From Bacteroidales bacterium (GTDB lineage Bacteria > Bacteroidota > Bacteroidia > Bacteroidales > UBA932), in the NCBI GenBank assembly GCA_016287075.1, contig JAEEVC010000012.1:23916-87915 (forward strand): 64,000 nucleotides of DNA. The letters run 5' to 3'. The notes under the pieces were generated by a model. The model ran no database searches. It saw nothing but the letters and a program-made list of their open reading frames with translations, and was not told the DNA's origin. Made by a program: the position numbers and the translations under genes. Below are positions 45,462 through 54,786 of this stretch, in pieces (the first letter of the stretch is position 1; every line of letters starts with the position of its first letter).

Positions 45462-48233
45462 ATGAGTGAAGAGTGGGACGACATCCGGGAAGAACCCCTC
45501 GAGGAAGAGGAACAGCCCCTTGCGGAAGGGACCCAGGAGAGCGGGAAATTCTCGCGGCTCCTCGGCAGCGACAGCCGGAAGTACAAGCTTTCCGGCATGT
45601 TCAAGGACTGGTTCCTGGATTACTCCTCCTATGTGATCCTCCAGCGGGCGGTTCCGCACATCGTGGACGGCCTGAAGCCCGTCCAGCGCCGCGTGCTCCA
45701 CGCGATGTACCGGATGGACGACGGCCGCTACACGAAGGTGGCGAATATCGTCGGCCAGGCGATGCAGTACCATCCCCACGGCGACGCCTCCATCCTCGGC
45801 GCCCTCGTCCAGCTCGGGCAGAAGGGCTTCGCGGTGGACTGCCAGGGAAACTGGGGCAACATCCTCACCGGCGACTCCAACGCCGCCCCCCGTTACATCG
45901 AGGCACGGCTCTCCAAGTTCGCCAAGGAGGTCATCTTCGACCCGAAGGTGACCCACTGGATGACCTCCTACGACGGCCGCAACCAGGAGCCGACCGAGCT
46001 CCCGGTCCGCTTCCCGATCCTCCTGGCCCAGGGCACGGAAGGCATCGCGGTCGGCATGGCCTCGAAGATCCTCCCCCACAACTTCAACGAGCTCCTGGAC
46101 GCGTCCGTCGCCATCCTCAAGGGCGAGCCCTATGAGATCTACCCGGACTTCCCGACCGGCGGCATGGCCGACTGCTCGAAGTACAACGCCGGCCGCCGCG
46201 GCGGCCAGGTGAAGGTCCGCGCCCGCATCGAAAAGGTGGACAAGAACACCATCACCATCACGGAGATCCCCTACGGCAAGACCTCCCACATGCTCATCGA
46301 CTCGATCCTCAAGGCCAAGGACAAGGGCAAGATCAAGATCAAGAAGATCGAGGACATGACCACCGAGAAGGTCGAGATCATCATCCACCTGCCGAACGAC
46401 GTGTCCCCGGACAAGACCATCGACGCCCTCTACGCCTTCACGGACTGCGAGACGACGATCAATCCGAACGCCTGCGTCATCAAGGAGGACAAGCCGCAGT
46501 TCCTCAGTGTCAACGACATCCTCGAATACGACACCTTCCATACGCGGGACATCCTCGGCCGCCAGCTGGAAATCAGGCTCGGCGAGCTGGAAGACGACTG
46601 GCACTACTCCTCCCTGGAGCGCATCTTCTTCGAGAACCGGATCTACAAGGTCCTGGAACAGAACCAGATGAGCTGGGAAGAGCAGCTCGGGGACGTCTTC
46701 GCGAAGATGAAGGAATACGAGGACCTGCTGCACCGGGAGATCACGATGGACGACATCCTCAAGCTCGTGGAGAAGCCGGTCCGGAAGATCTCGAAGTTCG
46801 ACACGAAGGCCCTCGACGAGAAGATTTATGCCCTCGAGGACCAGATGAAGGTCGTCCGGGACCAGCTCGCGCACCTGACCCAGTACACCATCGACTGGTT
46901 CAAGGGGCTCAAGAAGAAATACGGCAAGGATTACCCGCGCCTGACGGAGATCACCTCCCTCGAAACCATCGCCGCGACGAAGGTCGTCAACAACAACGCC
47001 AAACTTTACGCCAACCTCGAGGAGGGATTCGTAGGCATCGGCCTGAAGAAGGACGACGGCGGCGAGTTCATCAGCGACTGCTCTGACCTTTCCGAGATCA
47101 TCGTCATCGGCAAGGACGGCAAGTACCGCATCACCAAGGTCTCCGACAAGGCCTTCTTCGGCAAGAACCTCCTGTATGTCGGCGTGTTCAACCGCAACGA
47201 CGCCCGGACCATCTACAACGTCATCTACCGCGACGGCAAGAGCCCGGTCTATTACGCCAAGCGCTTCAATATCACCTCCGTCACCCGTGACAAGGAATAC
47301 GACATCACCACCGGCGCACCCGGCTCTGCCATCCTCTGGTTCACGGTGAACCACAACGGCGAGGCGGAGACCGTCCGCATCTACCTGCGCCCGAAGCCGA
47401 AGCTGAAGAAGACCCAGCTCGAATACGACTTCTCCACCCTCGGCATCAAGGGCAAGGCCAGCCGGGGCAACCTGGTATCCAAGAATTCCATCCAGAAGAT
47501 CGTCATGAAGTCCAAGGGCGTCTCCACGATCGGCGGCAAGGACATCTGGTACGACGCCGACGTGCAGCGCCTCAACGAGGACGGCCGCGGCATCCACCTC
47601 GGCGAGTTCAGCGGCGAGGACCGGGTCCTCGCCATCTTCAAGGACGGCACCTACTACACCACCAACTACGAGACCGTCAACAAGTACCAGGGCGAAGTGC
47701 TCCGCATCGAGAAACTCGACATCGGAAAGACCTGGACGGCCCTGTACTGGGATGCCGGCGCCAAGGCGTTCTATATCAAGCGCTTCAGTTTCACCGAGAG
47801 CAACAACTCCCCGGTTTCCTTCATCGCCGAGGGGCGGAATTCCTACCTCGTCGACATCGCCGACGACCTCCACCCGCAGGTGCTCGTGACCTTCGGCGGG
47901 AAATACGCCCACCGCGAACCGGAAATCATTGATGCAGAGGAATATATCGCCAAGAAAGGCCTGACGGCCAAGGGCAAGAAGTGCCACGCCTACGACCTTT
48001 CCAAGGTCGAATTCACCGAACCGCTCCACAAGCCGGAAGACGACGTGGAGCCGCAGGAAGAGGAAGTGATCGACATCGATATCGACGTCACGGAGGAGGA
48101 CGATACGCCGGCGGCGACGCCGTCCGCGGGATCGGCCCCGGCCCCGATCGAGCAGACCGGCCAGGCCGGGAAGCTCCTGGAGGAGAATCCGGACGATGAC
48201 GATGTCGAACCCATCGAACTGACGCTCTTCTAG
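45462..48233 (+). CDS. parC: DNA topoisomerase IV subunit A (GyrA/ParC family)
   Basis: ILQRAVPHIVDGLKPVQRRVLHAM, YHPHGDAS, catalytic AAPRYIEARL and EGIAVGMASKILPHN. Both the N- and C-terminal tails are acidic. Confidence 0.88.
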   Translation: MSEEWDDIREEPLEEEEQPLAEGTQESGKFSRLLGSDSRKYKLSGMFKDWFLDYSSYVILQRAVPHIVDGLKPVQRRVLHAMYRMDDGRYTKVANIVGQAMQYHPHGDASILGALVQLGQKGFAVDCQGNWGNILTGDSNAAPRYIEARLSKFAKEVIFDPKVTHWMTSYDGRNQEPTELPVRFPILLAQGTEGIAVGMASKILPHNFNELLDASVAILKGEPYEIYPDFPTGGMADCSKYNAGRRGGQVKVRARIEKVDKNTITITEIPYGKTSHMLIDSILKAKDKGKIKIKKIEDMTTEKVEIIIHLPNDVSPDKTIDALYAFTDCETTINPNACVIKEDKPQFLSVNDILEYDTFHTRDILGRQLEIRLGELEDDWHYSSLERIFFENRIYKVLEQNQMSWEEQLGDVFAKMKEYEDLLHREITMDDILKLVEKPVRKISKFDTKALDEKIYALEDQMKVVRDQLAHLTQYTIDWFKGLKKKYGKDYPRLTEITSLETIAATKVVNNNAKLYANLEEGFVGIGLKKDDGGEFISDCSDLSEIIVIGKDGKYRITKVSDKAFFGKNLLYVGVFNRNDARTIYNVIYRDGKSPVYYAKRFNITSVTRDKEYDITTGAPGSAILWFTVNHNGEAETVRIYLRPKPKLKKTQLEYDFSTLGIKGKASRGNLVSKNSIQKIVMKSKGVSTIGGKDIWYDADVQRLNEDGRGIHLGEFSGEDRVLAIFKDGTYYTTNYETVNKYQGEVLRIEKLDIGKTWTALYWDAGAKAFYIKRFSFTESNNSPVSFIAEGRNSYLVDIADDLHPQVLVTFGGKYAHREPEIIDAEEYIAKKGLTAKGKKCHAYDLSKVEFTEPLHKPEDDVEPQEEEVIDIDIDVTEEDDTPAATPSAGSAPAPIEQTGQAGKLLEENPDDDDVEPIELTLF

Positions 48234-48236
48234 GCC

Positions 48237-48752
48237 ATGCTCATCACCCTGACGGGCTTCATGGGAAGCGGAAAGACGACGGTCGGGGAAGTCCTCGCGG
48301 ACTTTCTCGGCTGTCCTTTTTTTGACCTGGACGCCCTGGTGGTCAAAAAGGCCGGGAAGAGCATCCCGGAAATCTTCGCCGACGGCGGCGAAGCGGCTTT
48401 CCGCACGCTTGAGGCGAAGGTTTTGCGGCAGGCCGTGGAGAAGTATGCCGAATCGACCGCCATCCTTTCGCTCGGGGGCGGCACGCTCGGCACGCCGGCT
48501 TCCGCCCGGCTTGTCGCCGAAAAGACGACCTGCATCTACCTGCGGGCAAGCGTGGATACGCTCGCGGCGCGGCTCGCGCCCGAGGCGGCCGGCAGGCCGC
48601 TCCTGCGCGGCGCCCCGGACCTTCGCGAACGCATCGCATCCCTGCTGGACGCCCGCGCGGCGACCTATGAGGCGACCGCCCATGTCACCGTGGACACGGA
48701 CGGCCTCTCGCCCGAGCAGATCGCCGATGAAATCGTCATTTCCTGCCTGTGA
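48237..48752 (+). CDS. aroK: Shikimate kinase
   Basis: ITLTGFMGSGKTTVG P-loop, FFDLD, FRTLE and LSLGGG. Confidence 0.9.
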   Translation: MLITLTGFMGSGKTTVGEVLADFLGCPFFDLDALVVKKAGKSIPEIFADGGEAAFRTLEAKVLRQAVEKYAESTAILSLGGGTLGTPASARLVAEKTTCIYLRASVDTLAARLAPEAAGRPLLRGAPDLRERIASLLDARAATYEATAHVTVDTDGLSPEQIADEIVISCL

Positions 48753-48818
48753 GGCAGGCGGCGGAGGGTAGCATAGTTTTTGAAGGGTAAATGCTTGTAT
48801 GACAAACTGACAAAGGCA

Positions 48819-49025
48819 ATGAAAAAGCTCTATCTCGACACGGCCAACAAGAAGATCGCGGGCGTCTGCGCCGGCCTCGCGGAGTACCTCGAAATGGATG
48901 TGACCGTCATCCGCATCATTTTCCTGATCACCCTGCTCTGGGGCGGCCTCGGTTTCTGGTCCTATGTCTTCGTCTGGGCCCTGGCTCCCGCCAAGCCGAT
49001 CGACCCGCCCGTGGAGCAGCAGTAA
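48819..49025 (+). CDS. PspC-domain membrane protein
   Basis: KKIAGVCAGLAEYLEMDVTVIRIIF is the PspC signature. I preferred the ATG at 48819 to the track start at 48780. Confidence 0.7.
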   Translation: MKKLYLDTANKKIAGVCAGLAEYLEMDVTVIRIIFLITLLWGGLGFWSYVFVWALAPAKPIDPPVEQQ

Positions 49026-49840
49026 TGCGCACGGAGACAGTCACTTCCGCGCAGAACGCCAAGATCAAGGCGCTCCTTGCCCTGCAGGAAAAGTCCCGCG
49101 CCCGGAAAGAGGCGGGGCTTTTCGTTGTGGAAGGGCGCCGCGAACTCGGGCACTGCCTGGACGCCGGCTTCCGGCCGCGGACGCTGTTCGCCTGCCCGGA
49201 GATCATCCCGGCGGACGAACTGCAGGCGCTCGTGGAGCAGGCGGATGCGCTGAACCCCGACTGCCTGCTCATCGAACTTCCGGCCGCCCTGTACGCCAAG
49301 GTCGCCTACCGGGAAGGGACGGAGGGCATCCTCGCCGAATGCGAGCAGCGCGAGCGCACGCTCGATGCGCTGGAACTGTCTGACAATCCGCTTATTGTCA
49401 TACTGGAATCCGTCGAGAAACCGGGCAACCTCGGTGCCGTGCTCCGCAGCGCGGACGCTGCCGGAGCCGATGCCGTCATCCTCTGCGATCCCCTCACGGA
49501 CCTCTACAATCCCAACCTCATCCGCGCCAGCCTCGGGGGCATCTTCTCCTGCCAGGTCGCAGCCGCCCCCGGCGAGGAGGTCATCACCTGGCTCAAGGCA
49601 CGCCGCATCCGCATCCTGACGGCCCAGCTGCAGGATTCCCAGTGGTATTACGATACGGAAATGACCGGTCCGACGGCCCTTGTCATGGGCACGGAATCCA
49701 CCGGCCTCACCGACGCCTGGCGCCGCGCCGCGGATGCGCACATCCGCATCCCGATGCTCGGCCGCCTCGACTCGCTCAACGTCTCCGTTTCCGCCGCCAT
49801 CCTCCTCTTCGAGGCCGTCCGCCAGCGGCACGGGCGCTAG
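49025..49840 (+). CDS. TrmH/SpoU-family RNA 2'-O-methyltransferase
   Basis: LESVEKPGNLGAVLRSADAAGA, LVMGTESTGL and IPMLGRLDSLNVSVSAAILLFE. Confidence 0.85.
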   Translation: MRTETVTSAQNAKIKALLALQEKSRARKEAGLFVVEGRRELGHCLDAGFRPRTLFACPEIIPADELQALVEQADALNPDCLLIELPAALYAKVAYREGTEGILAECEQRERTLDALELSDNPLIVILESVEKPGNLGAVLRSADAAGADAVILCDPLTDLYNPNLIRASLGGIFSCQVAAAPGEEVITWLKARRIRILTAQLQDSQWYYDTEMTGPTALVMGTESTGLTDAWRRAADAHIRIPMLGRLDSLNVSVSAAILLFEAVRQRHGR

Positions 49841-49922
49841 CGCCCGCTCCCCCGCTGCCGACTGCGGTAATCGCAGGGCGGAAGCCTTGGCCGGCAGTTT
49901 TGTCCTGCCCTTCCGTGCACAA

Positions 49923-50012
49923 GTGACGGAGACGTCCCATTATTCTGCAGGTTACCGTCAAAAACAGCGTTTTTTGCTGGAGACGTCCCACGGTATGGGA
50001 CGTCTCCGTCAC
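49923..50012. repeat. 90-nt nested-palindrome repeat, copy B
   Basis: Same 16-nt termini and internal GGAGACGTCCCA as copy A (18576-18665), with the same length and orientation. Confidence 0.85.
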
Positions 50013-50387
50013 CGCTCATAACAAAACAGACATAGGCGAAGCGGAGTAAGCGGAAGGACAGGGAGCCGGAGGATTTATTTCTGACTCCGGCACCCTCTGC
50101 CCTGACGGCCGACAAGAGTGCTGCACAAAAACGGCCTCTGAGCGCAATAAGCGTGCACGACCCGCGATTCCGAGCCCCAGCTTGTGCACAAAAAACGCCT
50201 CCCAGCGCCAAAAACGCGCAGCACTATTTCACGTCACCGGACTCTCAGAAAAAACGGAGCGCAGGGTGTGCCTAGTCCGCTGAAATTATGCGGGACTAGG
50301 TACACTTAAGTTCACCCACGTCACGGGAAAACACAGGAACAAAATAGCGGAGAGAGCTGAGAGAGCCGAATAAGCGGAGAAAGCGAA

Positions 50388-50433
50388 GGAACAGGGTTCA
50401 AACCGAATTTTTCTGAGGTTTGAACCCTGTTCC
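50388..50433 (-). terminator. 17-bp perfect hairpin downstream of lysS (candidate terminator)
   Basis: GGAACAGGGTTCAAACC-GAATTTTTCTGA-GGTTTGAACCCTGTTCC, 64 nt past the lysS stop. There is no clean U-run, so terminator function is uncertain. Confidence 0.45.
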
Positions 50434-50496
50434 GCAGCGTCGGAGCGTGTCCGTATGTCTGGGCTGCCCTGTTCCGCAGCGCCGGAGCGGGACGGC

Positions 50497-52017
50497 CTAG
50501 AAGGCCTCCGGCCGCATGGTCGGGAAGAAGAGGACGTCCTGGATGGTTTCGGCGCCCGTCATGAACATGGTGAGGCGGTCGATGCCGATGCCGATGCCGG
50601 AGGTCGGCGGCATGCCGTACTCGAGGGCCCGGACGAAGTCGTAGTCGATGTACATGGCCTCGTCGTCACCCTTGGACTTGAGGGCGGCCTGCTCCTCGAA
50701 GCGCTCGAGCTGGTCGATGGGGTCGTTGAGCTCGGAGTAGGCGTTGGCCAGTTCCTTCCCGTTGACGAAGAGTTCGAAGCGCTCGGTGAGCGTGTCGTCG
50801 TAGCGGCAGCGCTTGGTCAGCGGGGACATCTCGACCGGATAGTCGATGATGAAGGTCGGCTGGATGAGGTTGTGCTCGACATAGTCGCCGAAGATGGCGT
50901 CGATGAGCTTGCCCACGCCCATGGTCGGATCCACCTCCACGTTCAACCGCTTGCAGGTCTCGCGCAGCTGCGCCTCGTCCATGCCGGCCACGTCCACGCC
51001 CGCGAACTCCTTGATGGCGTCGAGGATGCGGAGGCGGCGGAAGGGGGCCTTGAAGGAGATGAGGTTGCCGCCGATCATGACCTCGTCGGTGCCGTTGACG
51101 GCCTGGCAGACGCGGTGGAGCATCTTCTCGGTGAAGTCCATCATCCAGATGTAGTCCTTGTAGGCGATGTACATCTCCACGCAGGTGAATTCCGGATTGT
51201 GGGTCTTGTCCATGCCCTCGTTGCGGAAGTTCTTGGCGAACTCATAGACACCCTGGAAGCCGCCGACGATGAGGCGCTTGAGGTAGAGCTCGTTGGCGAT
51301 GCGCATGTACATGTCCACGTCCAGCGCGTTGTGGTGGGTGATGAACGGACGGGCCGTCGCGCCGCCCGGAATCGGCTGGAGGATCGGCGTTTCCACCTCG
51401 AGGCAGCCGGCCTCGTTGAAGGCCTGGCGCATCGTTGCGATGATCTGGGCGCGCTTGACGAAGGTCTCCTTGACCTGCGGGTTCACGACCAGGTCCACAT
51501 AGCGCTGGCGGTACCGGAGCTCCGGATCGGCAAAGCCGTCGTGGACGGTGCCGTCGGCGTCGGTCTTGACGATCGGGAGGACACGCAGGGACTTCGACAG
51601 GACGGTCAGTTCCTTCGCATGGACGGAGAGCTGTCCGGTCTGGGTGAAGAAGGCGAAACCCTTGATGCCGATGATGTCGCCGATGTCCAGGAGCTTCTTG
51701 AAGACGGTGTTGTACATCGTCTTGTCCTCGCCGGGGCAGATCTCGTCCCGCTTGACATAGACCTGGATGCGGCCGGCATGGTCCTGCAGCTCCATGAAGG
51801 AGGCGGCGCCCATGATGCGCCGGGACATGATGCGGCCGGCGATGCAGACATCCTGGAAGTTGCCCTTTTCGGGATCGAAGCCCGCGGCGATCTCCGCCGT
51901 CGTCGTATTGACCGGGTAGAGCGGTGCCGGATAGGGGTTGATACCGAGTTCCCTGAGCCGGGCGAGGGATTCCCGCCGTCCGAGCTCCTGCTCATTGCGC
52001 TCATTCACGTATGCCAT
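50497..52017 (-). CDS. lysS: Lysine--tRNA ligase (class II)
   Basis: OB-fold region [22 protein letters not shown], motif 2 [15 protein letters not shown] and motif 3 [11 protein letters not shown]. Confidence 0.95.
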   Translation of the reverse strand: MAYVNERNEQELGRRESLARLRELGINPYPAPLYPVNTTTAEIAAGFDPEKGNFQDVCIAGRIMSRRIMGAASFMELQDHAGRIQVYVKRDEICPGEDKTMYNTVFKKLLDIGDIIGIKGFAFFTQTGQLSVHAKELTVLSKSLRVLPIVKTDADGTVHDGFADPELRYRQRYVDLVVNPQVKETFVKRAQIIATMRQAFNEAGCLEVETPILQPIPGGATARPFITHHNALDVDMYMRIANELYLKRLIVGGFQGVYEFAKNFRNEGMDKTHNPEFTCVEMYIAYKDYIWMMDFTEKMLHRVCQAVNGTDEVMIGGNLISFKAPFRRLRILDAIKEFAGVDVAGMDEAQLRETCKRLNVEVDPTMGVGKLIDAIFGDYVEHNLIQPTFIIDYPVEMSPLTKRCRYDDTLTERFELFVNGKELANAYSELNDPIDQLERFEEQAALKSKGDDEAMYIDYDFVRALEYGMPPTSGIGIGIDRLTMFMTGAETIQDVLFFPTMRPEAF

Positions 52018-52041
52018 AATCTCTTTTCTTTGCGTTGAGCC

Positions 52042-52049
52042 GCAAATTT
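52042..52049 (-). promoter_or_regulatory. -7 promoter box TAAATTTG upstream of lysS
   Basis: Exact TAnnTTTG match on the minus strand, 25 nt before the lysS ATG. Confidence 0.45.
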
Positions 52050-52091
52050 AATCATTTCCCTACAATTATTCGGTTTTTCACGGGAGATTTC

Positions 52092-52099
52092 GTAACTTT
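52092..52099 (+). promoter_or_regulatory. -7 promoter box TAACTTTG upstream of recJ
   Basis: Exact TAnnTTTG match 8 nt before the recJ ATG. Confidence 0.45.
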
Positions 52100-52107
52100 G
52101 TTGCAAT

Positions 52108-53841
52108 ATGGGCACAGAGCGCAAGTGGATTCTCAAGGATGCGCCCGATCCGGAAAAGGTCGGGCGGCTTTCGGCGGAACTCGGCATCGACCGGGTCCTC
52201 GCCTCCCTGCTGGTCATGCGCGGGATCGAGACCTTCGAACAGGCCCGCTCCTTCTTCCGTCCCAGCCTCGGCAATCTCCACGACCCCTTCCTCATGAAGG
52301 ACATGGACAAGGCGGTCGAACGGCTCCATGCGGCCATCACCGGCGGCGAAAAGATCCTCGTTTACGGCGATTACGACGTGGACGGGACGACGGCCGTCGC
52401 GCTGGTCTGGTCCTTCATCCACCGCTTCACCCCGACGGCCGATTTCTATATCCCGGACCGCTATGACGAAGGGTACGGCGTGTCGTACAAGGGCATCGAC
52501 TGGGCGGCCGACAACGGCTTCACCCTCCTGATCACCCTCGACTGCGGCATCAAGGCCATCGAGAAGGTCGAATACGCCCGCACCAAGGGCATCGACGTCA
52601 TCATCTGCGACCATCACCTTCCGGAGGAAGGCCTGCCGCAGGCGGTCGCCGTCCTCGACCCGAAGCGGGAAGACTGCCATTATCCCTTCGACGACCTCTG
52701 CGGCTGCGGCGTCGGCTTCAAGCTCGTCCAGGGCTATTCCGAACGCTACAACGTCCCCTTCGAATCCCTCGAACCGCTGCTCGACCTGCTGGTCGTGAGC
52801 ATCGCGTCGGACCTCGTGACCATGGTCGGCGAGAACCGCATCCTCGCCTATTTCGGCCTCAAGCGGCTCAATGAGAACCCGCGGAAGGGCCTGCTGGCCC
52901 TGATTACCCTCGCGAAACTCGATCCGGGCCATGTCTCCATCGACGACATCGTCTTCAAGATCGGTCCCCGCATCAACGCCGCGGGGCGGATGGAGACGGG
53001 CCGGCTCGCCGTCGAACTCCTGACGGCGACCGAGGACCATGAGGCCGTGGCCATCGGCGAGAAGATCAACGACAACAACAACGAGCGCAAGAACATCGAC
53101 CGCGAGATCACCCAGGAGGCGCTGGAGATGGTCCAGAGCGGCAAGGCGCTGGCTTCGGAGAACGTGACGATCGTCTATAACCCCACCTGGAACAAGGGCG
53201 TCGTCGGGATCGTCGCCTCCCGGCTCGTGGAGGCCTTCTACAAGCCGACCGTGGTCCTGACCAAGTCCAACGGCTTCGTCACCGGCTCGGCCCGGAGCGT
53301 CCAGGGCTTCGACCTGTACACGGCCATCGAGCACTGCGCCGACCTGCTCGAGAATTTCGGCGGCCACGTCTATGCGGCGGGCCTGACCCTCAGGGAGGAG
53401 CACCTCCAGGAGTTCAGCAGCCGGATGAACCGCTTCGTCAGCGGGAAGATCATCCCCGAGCAGCTCATCCCCGTCGTGGAAATGGACTCCCGCCTCGACT
53501 TCTCCCAGATCACCCCGAAGTTCTTCCGCATCCTCAAGCAGTTCCAGCCCTTCGGGCCCGGCAACGCCAACCCCGTCTTCCTGACCGAAGACGTCTATGA
53601 CGCCGGCAACGGCCGCAAGGTCGGCGCGGGCGGCGTCCACATGAAGCTGGACCTCATGCAGGAGTCCCAGCCCTACCACCAGATCGCGGCCATCGGCTTC
53701 AACATGTCCGAGTTCTACGACTACATCAAGGCCGGCAACCCCGTCGACGTCTGCTACAGCGTCGTCGAGAATTTCTACCGTGGCAGTTCCACCCTCCAGC
53801 TCCGCCTCAAGGACATGCGGGAGCGGTCGGAACTCATCTGA
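52108..53841 (+). CDS. recJ: Single-stranded-DNA-specific exonuclease RecJ
   Basis: DHH motifs ILVYGDYDVDGTTA, ITLDCG and ICDHH, and the DHHA1 motif GGHVYAAG. Confidence 0.93.
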   Translation: MGTERKWILKDAPDPEKVGRLSAELGIDRVLASLLVMRGIETFEQARSFFRPSLGNLHDPFLMKDMDKAVERLHAAITGGEKILVYGDYDVDGTTAVALVWSFIHRFTPTADFYIPDRYDEGYGVSYKGIDWAADNGFTLLITLDCGIKAIEKVEYARTKGIDVIICDHHLPEEGLPQAVAVLDPKREDCHYPFDDLCGCGVGFKLVQGYSERYNVPFESLEPLLDLLVVSIASDLVTMVGENRILAYFGLKRLNENPRKGLLALITLAKLDPGHVSIDDIVFKIGPRINAAGRMETGRLAVELLTATEDHEAVAIGEKINDNNNERKNIDREITQEALEMVQSGKALASENVTIVYNPTWNKGVVGIVASRLVEAFYKPTVVLTKSNGFVTGSARSVQGFDLYTAIEHCADLLENFGGHVYAAGLTLREEHLQEFSSRMNRFVSGKIIPEQLIPVVEMDSRLDFSQITPKFFRILKQFQPFGPGNANPVFLTEDVYDAGNGRKVGAGGVHMKLDLMQESQPYHQIAAIGFNMSEFYDYIKAGNPVDVCYSVVENFYRGSSTLQLRLKDMRERSELI

Positions 53842-54042
53842 ACCATGACAATTGGCCCTTGTCACATATTACAGTTTGAATCTAAATTTATTCACGAAGA
53901 TACATCCATCGGAGATCATCAAACGTCTTCTTCTTATTCCAGTTATGGATATGACTACAAGTTTACAAATTCAGCAATCACCTTTTTCCCGCCCGAGGAC
54001 GAGTGATGACAGCGGTTCCCTTTTCTCTAGAGTCTGCATATT

Positions 54043-54750
54043 ATGACTATTTTTCCCCCTCTTTTTAAAACGATTTGCCTCATTTGCGCCGTCTTCCTTT
54101 CGGGTTGCGTTTCACCGGAGGTTCCGCCCACGGAAACCCGGATGGCAACATCGTTTGTACAGGCGTATTATCCCATTGAAAAGATTACCGCCCAGGTCCG
54201 TGACCAGTGGAACATCCTCCTATGGAGTCAAGCGGGGGACCCGCTTCCCACGCAGAAAGCTCAGGCACTCAACCTGCTCCATCAGGATGTGTGTGAGGAA
54301 TACACCTATTCTGTTCCGTCTGACGATAATATTTTCACCATTGCACAGGACTTCACAGCCGTCTCTGTTTCCTGCGACAGGGATTTTGACGAAGGTCACC
54401 CGGCCGGGAGCGATTTGGGCGATGTGATTGCATTCTATTCCGTTTCCTGCTACCCGTTCATACGCAGCGGGCAAAAGGACACCTATGATTGGACGACACA
54501 GAAAGAGGATTTCAGCGACTGGTTCCTTTCCCGTAAGGACCCTCGCTGGTCCCCGGTTTATAAAAAAGTGTCAGAGCTCTCTTCCGATGACATGGTCCTG
54601 CTGGGGCCCTCGCTCCGGCATTCCTGTCTCCTTGCCAAATTGCGATTGTTGAAAAGGCCGTCCGGCAAGGGGGCTTTCTCATTCAGGATTGGTCTTACCG
54701 ACACCCAAGGCAAGTCCTATGAAGCGAACCGCATTTCAATGGATTTTTGA
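54043..54750 (+). CDS. Hypothetical lipoprotein on a visibly lower-G+C islet
   Basis: Lipobox VFLSGC. Codon choice is A/T-richer than in the neighbours. I recognise no family. Confidence 0.6.
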   Translation: MTIFPPLFKTICLICAVFLSGCVSPEVPPTETRMATSFVQAYYPIEKITAQVRDQWNILLWSQAGDPLPTQKAQALNLLHQDVCEEYTYSVPSDDNIFTIAQDFTAVSVSCDRDFDEGHPAGSDLGDVIAFYSVSCYPFIRSGQKDTYDWTTQKEDFSDWFLSRKDPRWSPVYKKVSELSSDDMVLLGPSLRHSCLLAKLRLLKRPSGKGAFSFRIGLTDTQGKSYEANRISMDF

Positions 54751-54786
54751 CTATTCCTTTAATAATCACCTAATTATTAACACTGT

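Noticed and set aside
50122-50224. Two direct repeats of about 38 nt separated by about 25 nt, considered as a possible CRISPR remnant.
   Set aside because: Only two imperfect copies exist. The spacing is too short and no cas genes or leader are present.
50388-50404. GGGTTCAAACC resembling a tRNA T-arm.
   Set aside because: The flanking sequence pairs as a simple 17-bp hairpin. There is no acceptor, D or anticodon arm.
53845-54006. 53-codon ORF (MTIGPCHILQFESKF...SSSYSSYGYDYKF...) starting 4 nt after the recJ stop.
   Set aside because: The composition is low-complexity, there is no recognisable motif, and it lies in an A/T-rich spacer. It cannot be supported without conservation or expression data.
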